This document shows positions 1 to 10,899 of a DNA stretch of 64,000 bases, in pieces. Below the pieces are notes generated by a model, which made no database searches, was not told the DNA's origin, and saw only the letters and a program-made list of their open reading frames with translations. Position 1 is the first letter of the stretch; every line of letters begins with the position of its first letter. The DNA comes from an uncultured Poribacteria bacterium. GTDB lineage: Bacteria > Poribacteria > WGA-4E > WGA-3G. The stretch lies in NCBI GenBank assembly GCA_951828385.1, contig OX639973.1, positions 2,407,200 to 2,471,199 on the forward strand. The letters are read 5' to 3'. The position numbers and the translations under genes are program-made.

Positions 1-3
1 GCT

Positions 4-93
4 CGTAGTAGTGCGATTCTGCGGCGTACTTGCCCAAATGCGATCTGCATTATCGCACGTCCTAAAGCGCAATAAATTGCGCCACTACGAACC
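4..93. repeat. GTAG-type REP-like doublet (CGTAGTAGTGCGAT...ATCGCACG...GCGCAATAAATTGCGCCACTACGAAC)
   Basis: Same architecture as the palindromic core of the 127-bp unit at 9433-9813; its first hairpin is interrupted by about 30 extra nt. Confidence 0.6.
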
Positions 94-136
94 ATCTATC
101 GGTTTAGATGTGACAGATTACTATGCATACTACTTT

Positions 137-1351
137 ATGATACTTAAGATCGCGTTTCGTAATATCTTCCGTCAAAAGCGGCGGACAATTCTAACGGCAC
201 TCGCGATGATTGTCGGTTTCGCGCTCTTATCGCTAACCATTGGTTTGTCCGATGGTGCCTACGGGAACATTATCGCGATGTTCACCCGAAACCGTATTGG
301 ACATATTCAGGTGCATCGCGATGGGTATCTCGATAAACCCTCGCTCTACAAAACAATCGACAACGCTCCTGCTGTGGGTGAGACGATTCAGCGTATTGTA
401 GGCGTTGAAGCGTGGACCCCGCGTGTCTACGGGGCAGGACTCGGCTCGGTTGGTGAAAAGAGTACGGCTGTACAAATCATCGGGGTTGATGTGGTCCGTG
501 AAACCGCAGCAACCCGTTTTGACCAAAAAGTCGTTGAAGGCAGCACACTCACAGAAACACCCTCACATGAGGCGGTTATTGGGAAAGGTTTAGCGAAAAT
601 TGTGTCCGCAACGGTTGACAGTGAAATTGTAATCGTTTCACAGGGTGCTGATGGTTCGATTGCGAATGACGTGTATAAAATCGTCGGTATCGCAGAAAGC
701 GGTGACGACATAACCGACCGCGTAGCGTGTTATCTGCACATTGAAGACGCTCAAGAATTGCTTGTGCTTGAAGGACGCGTCCATGAGATTGTTGTGATTG
801 TCTCAAACATCAACCGGGTCGATAAAATCACGAGCGCAATCGAAACGCAACTCAATGATTCAACGCTTGATGTAGCACCGTGGCAGGTGGTTGCCAAATC
901 CTTTTATCGCGCGATGCGTACCGACCAACAAGGAGACGCAATTTCCCGTTTGGTAATTATGCTGATTGTCGCTATCGGTGTCCTTAATACCGTGTTGATG
1001 TCGGTGTTAGAGCGGACGCGTGAGTACGGTGTGCTAAAGGCAGTGGGGACAAAACCGGGGCAAATCTTCTGGCTCGTCGTTTGCGAAGTCGTCATCATAG
1101 CGTTGGGGAGCGTCTGTATCGGCGCGCTCCTTGGCGTTTTGGTCAATTATCTGCTATCCATATACGGCATCACGTACCCCGAAGAAATTACCTACGGCGG
1201 TATGAAACTCAAGACGTTGTACGCTGTGGTCAACATCCGATGTCTAGTTATCCCCGCTATCACGGTTATGCTATCAGCGGCGACTGTCAGTCTGTTTCCT
1301 GCGATAAAAGCCGCCCGTATTATGCCTGCACAGGCGATGCGGACACATTGA
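137..1351 (+). CDS. ABC transporter permease, FtsX/MacB/LolE family
   Basis: IAFRNIFRQKRRTILT N-terminus, NTVLMSVLERTREYGVLKAVG motif, PA..AAR..PA.A.R end; ATG 137 chosen over the ORF-track start. Confidence 0.9.
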   Translation: MILKIAFRNIFRQKRRTILTALAMIVGFALLSLTIGLSDGAYGNIIAMFTRNRIGHIQVHRDGYLDKPSLYKTIDNAPAVGETIQRIVGVEAWTPRVYGAGLGSVGEKSTAVQIIGVDVVRETAATRFDQKVVEGSTLTETPSHEAVIGKGLAKIVSATVDSEIVIVSQGADGSIANDVYKIVGIAESGDDITDRVACYLHIEDAQELLVLEGRVHEIVVIVSNINRVDKITSAIETQLNDSTLDVAPWQVVAKSFYRAMRTDQQGDAISRLVIMLIVAIGVLNTVLMSVLERTREYGVLKAVGTKPGQIFWLVVCEVVIIALGSVCIGALLGVLVNYLLSIYGITYPEEITYGGMKLKTLYAVVNIRCLVIPAITVMLSAATVSLFPAIKAARIMPAQAMRTH

Positions 1352-1354
1352 TAT

Positions 1355-1518
1355 GGTTGTCAGTTGTCAGTTCGGTTTTTCTGCGAAAAACCTTTCAGTT
1401 GTCAGTTAACATTCTGTGGCAGTAACAAGGTTTGGACCCGCCACAAGACATCCGTTAACCGAACACTGAAGACCGAAAACCATTCCTCTGATAACTGATA
1501 ACCGATAACTGATAACTA
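1355..1518. repeat. Inverted arrays of 7-mer repeats (GTTGTCA/GTTTTCA left arm; CTGATAA/CCGATAA right arm)
   Basis: Tandem heptamers read directly; the same heptamers recur at 3461-3517 and 31343-31372. Confidence 0.7.
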
Positions 1519-1526
1519 TTCAAACT

Positions 1527-2756
1527 ATGTGGTTGATTTTAGTAAAACTTGCATGGCGAAATATCTTTCGGAATAAACGGCGAACACTCATCGCCGCAAC
1601 AGCGATCGGCATCGGTCTGGCTGCGCTGATTTTTGTTGATGCGTTAATGATCGGGATGACAGACAATATGGTGCGGACTGCTACTGCCTCCTTCCTCGGC
1701 GACGCGCAGATTCATCGGGCAGGGTTTCGAGACGTACAAGAGGTCTCATTGACGATTCAGGCACTTGACGAAGTAACGAACGGGCTCGCTCAGGAAGGGA
1801 TTGTCGAACATTTCACCGAAAGAGTGCTTGCGCCAGGTATGATTACGTCTCCAGCGAACGTCAGTGCAATTGCCCTTGTCGGGGTTCATCCGCCTACAGA
1901 AAAATTTCTGTCCCAAATTGATGATGCGATAACGGAAGGTGTCTATTTTGAAGGCGATAGCAGCCGCGAGATCGTTATCGGTGCGAAACTTGCAGAAATC
2001 TTGGAAATTGGACTTGGGGACCGAGTGGTCGTGACAGTAGCGCAAGCCGAAACCGGAGACCTCTCTCAAGAGATGTTCAGGATTTCCGGTATCTATTATT
2101 TTGCTGGCGAAGAGATGAACGCCGGCATGGCTTTTGTGCGGATTGAAAAAGCGCGAGAGATGCTCGGTATCGGGAACGCAGCACATGAAATCGCCATTAA
2201 ATTTACTTCTCTTGCCTACTCACAAGATCCAGCACTGCCGTTTTGGGAGACGTATTCCGAACACGGCAACGAAGCTTTAAGTTGGACAGAACTGATGTCG
2301 CAATTAACAGCGATATTAGAAATGACGAAGTACAGCAAATATATTATGGCGGTTATCCTATTTTTTCTGGTTGCCTTTGGGATTATCAACACGCTTTTTA
2401 TGTCGTTGTACGAGCGGATGTTTGAGTTTGGTGTGCTACGTGCTGTCGGGACGCGTCCTTTTGGTATGGCGCGCGTCATCTTGTTTGAGGCGGGTGCCTT
2501 AGCAATGGTGAGCATTGGACTCGGCGCGATACTCGGCTTTGTTTTGACAGCAGTTTTTGCGCATGTTGGCATTGACTATACCGGCATCGAAATGACGGGG
2601 GTGACGATACAGGAATTCATCCGCCCCATCATGACGGTTGAACAGTTCATTATTTATCCGGTGTGGCTCTTTATTTTCACGCTCATTGCTGGACTCTATC
2701 CTGCACGCCACGCAGCCAAGATTTCTCCAGCAACCGCAATGCGACGGAGTTTCTAA
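1527..2756 (+). CDS. ABC transporter permease, FtsX/MacB/LolE family
   Basis: LAWRNIFRNKRRTLI, NTLFMSLYERMFEFGVLRAVG; paralogue of the upstream gene. Confidence 0.9.
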   Translation: MWLILVKLAWRNIFRNKRRTLIAATAIGIGLAALIFVDALMIGMTDNMVRTATASFLGDAQIHRAGFRDVQEVSLTIQALDEVTNGLAQEGIVEHFTERVLAPGMITSPANVSAIALVGVHPPTEKFLSQIDDAITEGVYFEGDSSREIVIGAKLAEILEIGLGDRVVVTVAQAETGDLSQEMFRISGIYYFAGEEMNAGMAFVRIEKAREMLGIGNAAHEIAIKFTSLAYSQDPALPFWETYSEHGNEALSWTELMSQLTAILEMTKYSKYIMAVILFFLVAFGIINTLFMSLYERMFEFGVLRAVGTRPFGMARVILFEAGALAMVSIGLGAILGFVLTAVFAHVGIDYTGIEMTGVTIQEFIRPIMTVEQFIIYPVWLFIFTLIAGLYPARHAAKISPATAMRRSF

Positions 2757-2757
2757 G

Positions 2758-3459
2758 ATGGAACAGACTGAGAAAACGGATGTCATTATCACAGAAGGTG
2801 TAACAAGGGTTTATGCAGCGGATGGGGTTCCTGTCAACGCGCTGAATGGGATCGATTTAACCATCCAATCGGGAGAATTTACTGCGCTCGTGGGTCCCTC
2901 TGGTTCCGGTAAAACAACTTTTCTCAATATTATTTCTGGCTTGGACGCGCCCACAGACGGAAAAGTGTGGTTGGCTGGCAAAGTGCTTTCAGAGATGAGT
3001 GGCAACGAACTCTCTGACTTTCGACGCGATAATATCGGGTTCATTTTTCAGGCTTATAACCTAATTCCGGTGTTGACAGTCGAGGAAAACGTTGAATACA
3101 TCATGCTCTTAGCAGGTGTCCCTAAGGCGGAACGACACGAACGGGTTATTGCAATGCTCCAAGCTGTCGGGTTAAAAGGGGTCGCTGACCGTACACCGAC
3201 GCAGCTTTCAGGTGGACAGCAGCAGCGTGTCGCTATTGCGCGTGCGATGGTCTCTGAACCGCAGATTATCCTCGCCGATGAACCGACCGCGAACCTCGAC
3301 TCGAAAACGGGTGCTGATCTGCTTGAGATGATGCGCCGCCTCAACACGGGAACCGGCATGACGTTCATCTTCTCAACACACGATCCGATGGTGATGGAGG
3401 GTGCGACGCGTCTGATTACACTTCGCGATGGACGGGTAGATACTGATGAAACGAAGTAA
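2758..3459 (+). CDS. ABC transporter ATP-binding protein (LolD/MacB-like)
   Basis: Walker A GPSGSGKT, LSGGQQQRVAIARA signature, ILADEPTANLD, STHD; start 1 nt after the permease stop. Confidence 0.95.
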   Translation: MEQTEKTDVIITEGVTRVYAADGVPVNALNGIDLTIQSGEFTALVGPSGSGKTTFLNIISGLDAPTDGKVWLAGKVLSEMSGNELSDFRRDNIGFIFQAYNLIPVLTVEENVEYIMLLAGVPKAERHERVIAMLQAVGLKGVADRTPTQLSGGQQQRVAIARAMVSEPQIILADEPTANLDSKTGADLLEMMRRLNTGTGMTFIFSTHDPMVMEGATRLITLRDGRVDTDETK

Positions 3460-3460
3460 T

Positions 3461-3517
3461 AGTTGTCAGTTATCAGTTTTAATAGTTTTCAGTTTTCGGT
3501 TATCAGTTGCCAGTTAA
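3461..3517. repeat. Heptamer repeat tract (GTTGTCA/GTTATCA/GTTTTCA)
   Basis: Tandem 7-mers read directly after the ATPase stop. Confidence 0.65.
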
Positions 3518-3548
3518 GAGAGATAAAAATTTCTGATGAGAATATCTG

Positions 3549-4769
3549 ATGAGAATAATCCTGGTACTTGTCATCTATTTAATGACAACACCGCTTGTAG
3601 GGACGGCCGATGCTGAGTTTCAAGCCGGTGGTTACTACAAAAACTTTTCTACTGTATTCAACTCACCGCTCCCAGACGCATCTATGGCGGGGATCGTCGT
3701 CAACCGGTTACGCCTGAATCTCTCCCACACACCAACCGACACACTTTCGTTTGCTCTCGCCTATGATTTTACGCCGCGCGTTCAAGACCCTTTACTCTTT
3801 TCCGAATCTCCGTTTGCTGTCGGTGTCGCTTCATCTCGTTACCGGGTTGTAGATTTTGACGCACGGATCTATCCGAGTACGGATGAAGCAACGGGCAGTG
3901 TCGGCGTCTATCACAACCTTGATCGTGCTGCTGTTCAGTTCAGTACCGATTTTGCAGACTTCTCTATCGGTAGGGACGCGATTGCTTGGGGCAGTGCTCG
4001 GATCATAAATCCAACCGATATTATTGCGCCATATACTTACGATCAGTTGGACACGGAAGACCGCGTTGGCGTAGATGCAGTTCGTGTCCGTATTCCGGTC
4101 GGTGTGATGGGTGAGGTGGATACCGGATACATCTTTGGCAACAACTTCGATTTTGATAAAAGTGCTATCTTTCTCCGAACACAATTGAACGCCGCAGAGA
4201 CAGATTTTTCAATTTTACTGTTGGAATTTCAGAGGGATCTGCTTATCGGTTTCGATGTGGCTCGCGGCATTGGCGGCGCAGGGTTCTGGTTAGAAACGGC
4301 TTATGTCTTTGTTGAACCGTTTGATGATGAACCCGACACATCAGATAATTATCTGCGAACCTCTGTCGGTTTGGACTATAGCTTCGGTGGAGAGACGTAC
4401 GCCTTTATTGAATATCATTTCAATAGCGCGGGTGCGACGAAACCGGAAAATTATCTTACTAACTTAGAGCAATCGGCGTATACCCGTGGCGGTGTTTATC
4501 TGCTGGGTCGGCACTATCTCGCCCCCGGATTTACTCGTCAACTGACACCGTTGGTTAGCTTCAGCGGACAGATGCTGTTTAACCTATCCGACCCGTCAAC
4601 TTGGGTTGCACCGCAAGTTGCCTATAACATCGCCGAGGATATTCACCTCTCTGTCGGCGGTTTCGTCAGCATCGGCAAGCGACCTAAAAATGGCGAATCC
4701 TCCGAATTTCAATCGGAATTTGGCAGTTATCCAAATCTTTTCTTTTCCTCGTTTCGCGTCTATTTCTGA
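3549..4769 (+). CDS. Putative outer-membrane beta-barrel protein associated with the ABC exporter
   Basis: Signal peptide, GR..I.WG motif, alternating aromatic strands, C-terminal ...RVYF. Confidence 0.7.
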   Translation: MRIILVLVIYLMTTPLVGTADAEFQAGGYYKNFSTVFNSPLPDASMAGIVVNRLRLNLSHTPTDTLSFALAYDFTPRVQDPLLFSESPFAVGVASSRYRVVDFDARIYPSTDEATGSVGVYHNLDRAAVQFSTDFADFSIGRDAIAWGSARIINPTDIIAPYTYDQLDTEDRVGVDAVRVRIPVGVMGEVDTGYIFGNNFDFDKSAIFLRTQLNAAETDFSILLLEFQRDLLIGFDVARGIGGAGFWLETAYVFVEPFDDEPDTSDNYLRTSVGLDYSFGGETYAFIEYHFNSAGATKPENYLTNLEQSAYTRGGVYLLGRHYLAPGFTRQLTPLVSFSGQMLFNLSDPSTWVAPQVAYNIAEDIHLSVGGFVSIGKRPKNGESSEFQSEFGSYPNLFFSSFRVYF

Positions 4770-4942
4770 GTTTTGTATCGCATACGACTGAAGAGAAGGA
4801 GAAAATTCAACGATGTCAAAAAGTCACTCGGAAAATTTAATCGATTTCACAACCCTATGAGGTATGGAAAATTATCTTTCCCGTAAACACACCGTGTGAT
4901 ATAATGCCTACGGTTAGAATTATCCTACGATGGAGATGAGAT

Positions 4943-5779
4943 ATGAACAAAAAACGGATGTTTTTCATAAGTATACTTGGCATTGTGCTTCTGTGTGTCG
5001 GAATCTTCTATTGGCATACGCAACGCCAAGCCAACTACGCAAAAACTCGTGAACTTTTTGCACCTATTTATGAATATTCGGGAAGACTCACACCCGAAGA
5101 ACAAAAACGTTTTTCTGAATTCACCGATTCAATTATGAATGTTGAACCTTCTGTCGCTAAAAAATACATCTTACCCAAGCGAGAGATGCTTCAGTTAGAA
5201 GCACACAGCATGACGTTACAACGGAACAATCCTGAACTAATGTTCATGAACAGTCTACCTTTCCCGACGGATACCGATGTCGAGCCATATAAACGGTACT
5301 TCAGTATCCTTGCACTGATTGCGAAAACCAAGCTTGCGGATTTACCTACGGATAGTAGGAAGTCGATAATCTCACACCTTGATACACTCGGAAAACGACT
5401 GGCGAAAAACAGCGTTGAGGTTTATATTCAAGAAATCAAAGATACCCCTTTTCGTCCGAGGCAAAAACTCCCGACGATGCGCTTCGGCGTTGCGTCTGCA
5501 CCCGGAGAAATCGCAAGAGGGATATTAGAAGCAGATGGACTGGTATTGCCGGAAGATGCTAAACGCGGAGTTATCCAAATCACTGATCTTTATGGAAACA
5601 CGTACGAGGTTGATCTGGATGATCCTGCTGATACAGGTATAACAGAGGATACAACCGAATTGTATGCGAAGATTGACCGGATTTTTGAGCAGCTTACCGA
5701 TGCGGAGTTCCAAAGACTTTCGGATCTCAACAAAGCAGACCGTTCGGCAGAAATCGAAAAGTTGTTCCTATTAGAATAA
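4943..5779 (+). CDS. Hypothetical protein with N-terminal membrane anchor
   Basis: 278-aa ORF, GGAG RBS, upstream TGaTATAAT, basic N-terminus plus hydrophobic helix. Confidence 0.75.
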   Translation: MNKKRMFFISILGIVLLCVGIFYWHTQRQANYAKTRELFAPIYEYSGRLTPEEQKRFSEFTDSIMNVEPSVAKKYILPKREMLQLEAHSMTLQRNNPELMFMNSLPFPTDTDVEPYKRYFSILALIAKTKLADLPTDSRKSIISHLDTLGKRLAKNSVEVYIQEIKDTPFRPRQKLPTMRFGVASAPGEIARGILEADGLVLPEDAKRGVIQITDLYGNTYEVDLDDPADTGITEDTTELYAKIDRIFEQLTDAEFQRLSDLNKADRSAEIEKLFLLE

Positions 5780-5920
5780 CCCAAGTTGCCATTTGTAAAT
5801 CCATAGAATTTCCTACTTAAATCAGATTTAAGTTGCGTTAGAAATTGAATTTGAGTATAATTTGCCATGCTATGACATAATAACAAATAAAACATACTTT
5901 TATTCATTATGTCCTAATAC

Positions 5921-6074
5921 AACCCAAGTTGCTACGGACAAGACTTTAGACCAGCTGACCTCGTATTTCACTGAAAAATGTCAATTAGCCAAGCATTTTG
6001 TAGCGTAAATTTTTAGTTTGCGGCATTTTCAAACACAATCTAACAGGTGATGCTACAAGGTGGCAACTTGCGTT
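5921..6074. mobile_element. MITE-like element with AAC(C/G)CAAGTTGC(T/C)AC inverted ends enclosing a GTAGC-type REP doublet
   Basis: AACCCAAGTTGCTAC at 5921 vs GTGGCAACTTGCGTT ending 6074; similar isolated ends near 5779, 23277 and 61589. Confidence 0.55.
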
Positions 6075-6226
6075 ATTTTAACAAAGAGTGATTGCAGTAG
6101 CTGACAGTTCAGAGAATCTTCCATCTTATTTTCGAGTATAAGTGTTTGGTAAAATTTTTGGATTTTTGAATTGTGCTGTCTATTAAAATTACCAATCACA
6201 ACACAAGCCGAGAGGAGTTTTAGTCT

Positions 6227-7855
6227 ATGAGAAAACTATTTGTTTATTCCGTAATTGTTTTTACGATGATTGTTTATACGTCACATGCCGATATGACCTC
6301 GGATCTACAAGCCTATCCGAGTAGTGAATATCTCGTCGGTGTGTCAGAAGGACCAGGAGCTGTCGAATCCCTTATGAATCAGGCAGAAGATCAGTTATCC
6401 AAGAAGATCTTCGACAAGATTAGATATGTTATTAACGAAAACGAAAACGATTGGCTTGCCTACAATCGTGTCCGTGAACACTACAGCACAGTGATCCAGA
6501 GTTCCATAAAATCTAAACTCAAAGGGATTCGGGAATATTATCCCTCCACGGCACCGGATGCCTATGTTATTGTCTACGTTAAGCGTGATATGCTCCAGCA
6601 GATTTATACCGACGAAGCTGCGGATTTACGCCAAGAGATTAACGACCTTCTTCATAAAGCACAGGTCATAGAAAACGCTGGCGATTTATCAGATGCAGCC
6701 AAGATATATCTGAGCACGTACCGATTGTATGAAGCGTTAAAAGAAGCAGAGCTCATTCAATTGGGCGCAGCGTACATAACACCACCTAAGGCATTTTCTA
6801 AATTGTCGGACGCAGCAGGTGGCGTTGCCAAAGCGGATTTGATGATGTCGCATAAAGAAGTCGTTACGAAAGTAGAAAAAATCGCGCCTCAAACGATAAT
6901 TAATATCAACGATGTTGCGCGTGTCACTGCCTATCAATTCCAGCAGCAAAGCAGCGACTGGGGAACTAAGGTGAAGGCGGAGGAACTTACCTACGACAGT
7001 TTCAATGTTGTGAGTCCTTCTTCAACGCCTTTTTTGGAGGCACTTACAAGTGAGTTGAAGTGGCATCGCTCGCTTCCGATGCGAGGGTTCCAACCACTTC
7101 GAGAGGTACATAAGGCTGAATCTCAAGACGATCATTTGCAATTCTTCGGTGGATATTGGGCAGACGGCGACAAAATTACACTACGCACCACGCTACGCGA
7201 TATCGCAACGGGCGAATTTAAGGCGGCGGCTGTTGTACGATTTAGTGAGAGTCAACGCCGAGACAAGGACATCGCGCTAAAACCCGGAAATCTTGAGCAA
7301 TTCGATCAAGATTGGAAACTTTTTAATCCACTTGAAGAGACACTCAGTCTTGAAGAGGTGCAGCCGGTAGAGGAGGAATCACAAACTACAGAGGTTTCGC
7401 CCGCAGAAGTTCCGGCTGAAGAATCCATCGTCAATCCGAAAGTTTTTGTCAACGACGGATTAACTGTTGAAATCGCGACGGATAGGGGTACAGGACCGGT
7501 GGTTTATTCCGAAGGCGAAACAATGACAGTCTTCGCACGTGCGGACCAAGAGGTTTATATCCGTTTAATCTATATCCTTGCGGATGGAAAGCGGACACTA
7601 CTGTTAGACAACCATCATATTAGTTCCGAAATGACTAACCAAAGTTTGGAGATCGGAAAATTTGTGTGTACACCGCCATTTGGCGCGGAGCAGTTGCATG
7701 TTTATGCTAAGCGCGAAGCGTTCCCGGATTTGGCACCGGGGCAAACGTATGAGGAGGGTGGGTACGTCTACCTAACGCCAACACGCGGTTTTCAACCGTT
7801 CAAACCACAGCCTGAAGGGTCTGCACATATTTCTATTACCACTCTACCAAAGTAG
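6227..7855 (+). CDS. Secreted protein: LPP20-like N-terminus, CsgG/FlgO-like middle domain, DUF4384-like C-terminus
   Basis: GAGGAG RBS, signal peptide, GYW..GDKI.L...LRD..TGE, Y.EGETM and PPFGAEQL.V motifs; RGFQP occurs twice. Confidence 0.7.
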   Translation: MRKLFVYSVIVFTMIVYTSHADMTSDLQAYPSSEYLVGVSEGPGAVESLMNQAEDQLSKKIFDKIRYVINENENDWLAYNRVREHYSTVIQSSIKSKLKGIREYYPSTAPDAYVIVYVKRDMLQQIYTDEAADLRQEINDLLHKAQVIENAGDLSDAAKIYLSTYRLYEALKEAELIQLGAAYITPPKAFSKLSDAAGGVAKADLMMSHKEVVTKVEKIAPQTIININDVARVTAYQFQQQSSDWGTKVKAEELTYDSFNVVSPSSTPFLEALTSELKWHRSLPMRGFQPLREVHKAESQDDHLQFFGGYWADGDKITLRTTLRDIATGEFKAAAVVRFSESQRRDKDIALKPGNLEQFDQDWKLFNPLEETLSLEEVQPVEEESQTTEVSPAEVPAEESIVNPKVFVNDGLTVEIATDRGTGPVVYSEGETMTVFARADQEVYIRLIYILADGKRTLLLDNHHISSEMTNQSLEIGKFVCTPPFGAEQLHVYAKREAFPDLAPGQTYEEGGYVYLTPTRGFQPFKPQPEGSAHISITTLPK

Positions 7856-7947
7856 GGCTTACATCTATAAAAGTAAAGTTCCTTATGATATGGGGACGCT
7901 TTGCCATATCCCTTGGCACGCTTCAAAGCTCTGAAAGTAGAATGTTT

Positions 7948-10899
7948 ATGGTCTCTACAAGAAAAATATCTTTATTTTTATTTTTTAGTTTCCTTTGTTT
8001 TGTGATCGTATCCATCGCCTCTACCGAGTTATTTTCGCAACGCGGTATGAGTGTTACTATCCGCACAGAGAACGGGGAGGAGTTTGCTCTCTATAAGGAT
8101 TCTTATGCGCTTATTATTGGAAATGGCGCATATCCAGTGAAAAACGGTTGGAATCCGCTTCCGGGTGCAGTAGAAGATGTCAAAGAAGTCGCAGAAGTCC
8201 TTGAACACCATGGGTTCAATGTGACGCTGAAAATAGATGTAACGAAGACTGAGTTTAATCAAGTATTTTCGGAGTTTATCTATGAATTTGGTAAAAATAA
8301 GGATAATAGACTTCTGTTTTATTATGCAGGGCATGGTTACACGACAAAAGCAGCAACAGGTGAGGACCTTGGCTACCTTGTGATGCTTGATACGCCGAGT
8401 CCTGAGAATGCTGCAGCATTTGACCTCTATAGTGTCGATATGGTCAAGTTCGTATCGGATTCTAAGAAGATTCACGCCAAGCATGTTCTTTTTATGTTTG
8501 ATAGCTGCTTCTCAGGCACAGTGCTAAACCTGAGAAATCGAGTTACTCCCTCCCATATTACGGATCGGATTAAGAATCCTGTGCGCCAGTTCATCACAGC
8601 CGGTCGTGCGGATGAACCCGTGCCAGATAGGAGCGAATTTAAGAAAGCATTTTTGAATATCCTTGAAGGGCGCGTTGAAGAACCGACACCAGATGGTTAC
8701 CTGACAGGTGTTGAGTTGGGAGATTACCTCTATCGAACAGTCCCAAAGTTCTCTCAAGGACAACACCCGCAACATGGAAAGATTCACGATCAGCAATTGA
8801 ACACTGGTGATTTTGTGTTTGTGCTTTCTCAGAACAATAGTGAGGATAATGGCGTTGAGTTAGATACGATAGCGATGTTAAACATAACCAGTAACCCGAG
8901 TGGCGCAATGGTTTATGCTGATGGCATCCTAATCGGGATAACACCGTTAGATAGTTACGAGATTGACACAGGTCCTCGTCTTGAGAAACAGGTAAATATA
9001 GGTTTAGAACTTTCAGGCTACAAGAGCCGTGTTAAAAAAATAACGTTAAAAGGTGGTCAACAGTTCCCGTGGAACGTGCCTTTAGAGAAAATGACGAGCA
9101 AGCCTGCTGAATCCATAACTGATGTTCAGAGGGATGAAGAAACTGCAACGTATCTCTCGCTGGTGTCTGATAATCCACATATTCTTGTACCGATAAACGA
9201 TATGAGGGAATGGAGTGGGTGGAATGGTTGGTTCTGGGAAAAAGTGAAAGGTGAACAACCTACTGAACGGCCTTCTATTTTTTCAGGCAATTATGCGGAT
9301 AGATTTGACCATTGGATGTACTCACATGCCGAAAGCCATATCGTCTATGATATAAGCGGTGGTGAATACTCTCAATTTGATGGGAATTTAATTACACCCA
9401 GCTCATGTATAGAAACCATTGAACTCATATTTCTAGTAGTGCTTCAATGTTGAGTTTATAGGTAATCCTGTTCGTAGTAGGGCAATTCATTGCCCGTTGC
9501 TGACGTGCGATAAATCGCACTACTACGAACCTACCCTCAGATTCAAAGTTGAAAGACTACTAGTAGTGCTTCAATGTTGAGTTTATAGGTAATCCTGTTC
9601 GTAGTAGGGCAATTCATTGCCCGTTGCTGACGTGCGATAAATCGCACTACTACGAACCTACCCTCAGATTCAAAGTTGAAAGACTACTAGTAGTGCTTCA
9701 ATGTTGAGTTTATAGGTAATCCTGTTCGTAGTAGGGCAATTCATTGCCCGTTGCTGACGTGCGATAAATCGCACTACTACGAACCTACCCTCAGATTCAA
9801 AGTTGAAAGACTACTAGTGGATAACAAAGTTGTCTATAACTCAGGTCGGGTTAGGGTTTTTGAACCTATGCGTGTTGCATTCAACATACCTGCTGACGCC
9901 AAAACTCTGACGATCCGCGTAACAGATGGCGGCGATGGGGGCAGATGCGATCACTGGATACTTGGAGACGCACGTCTACTGGAAACTCGGCAACCTATCT
10001 CCGCTAAACCAAAACCGGATGTCCCACAGACAACCATTGAAAATGACATCACCATAAACCAGGAAGCGCGATCGCCCTCGCCAAATATGCCACAAACGGT
10101 TGTTGGAAAGGATGGGGCGGAAATGGTGTTAATTCCGGCAGGCGACTTCCAGATGGGGAGCGGGGCCGGTCGCCTTTACAATGCCGCGACAATTCCTGTC
10201 CATACTGTCTATATTGATGCATTTTACATTGACAAATACGAGGTGACCGTTGGGCGATACAACCAATTTGTCCGTGCCACTGGACATCGTCCGTTGCCGG
10301 ATTGGATGTCTAAATATTCTCCAACAGACCAGCATCCGGTTGTCGGTGTAACTTGGGACGACACAATAGCATACGCGAAATGGGCAGGCAAACGACTTCC
10401 AACAGAAGCGGAATGGGAAAAAGCGGCAAGGGGTGGTTTGATAGGAAGAGACCACCCGTGGGGTAATGCTCCGCTGGACGGTACACAGTGCAATTTTGCC
10501 GACAAAAGTCTGTGGGAAGTTTGGAACGAAGAACGGAATGATGAAGATAATGATGCGGATAAAAGTATTAATGATGGTTACGCGTACACCGCCCCGATTG
10601 GCAGTTACCCACCGAACGGATATGGTTTATACGATATGGCAGGGAATGTGGCAGAATGGTGCTTTGATGCGTATGATGAAAATTTTTACGCCAATTCTCC
10701 TCGGCGGAACCCAGTTGCAGATATACTTATACGAGATGGTGAAAATAACATAGTCGCTATTAACAAATTGCGCGTTGTGCGAGGCGGTTCCTGGTACCAT
10801 TGGCCGGTGGCAGTGTGGATTGCCTGTCGTACCCCGAATTCGCCTACGCTGCGTCACAGAAACGGCGGTTTTCGCTGTGTGAAGTCGGTAACGCCCTGA
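7948..10899 (+). pseudogene. Secreted caspase (peptidase C14)-PEGA-NPCBM-like-FGE/CLec protein, copy 1, interrupted by a 381-bp insertion
   Basis: ORFs 7885-9453 and 9751-10899 are in the same frame; removing 9433-9813 gives ELIFLVDNKVVYNSG and an 856-aa product; YAGHG and DSCFSG dyad; RLPTEAEWEKAARGG, RGGSW, GFRC. Confidence 0.85.
9433..9813. mobile_element. Three identical head-to-tail 127-bp MITE-like units joined by CTAG
   Basis: CTAG at 9433, 9560, 9687 and 9814; imperfect terminal inverted repeats TAGTGCTTCAATGTTGA / TCAAAGTTGAAAGACTA (13/17); internal GTAG-REP doublet. Confidence 0.9.

Noticed and set aside
11-136. N-terminal extension of the first permease
   Set aside because: Translates a REP-like element; family similarity starts at ATG 137
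9433-9813. CRISPR array or self-splicing intron
   Set aside because: Units are fully identical with no unique spacers and are 127 bp long; no intron features; terminal IRs and CTAG junctions fit a MITE
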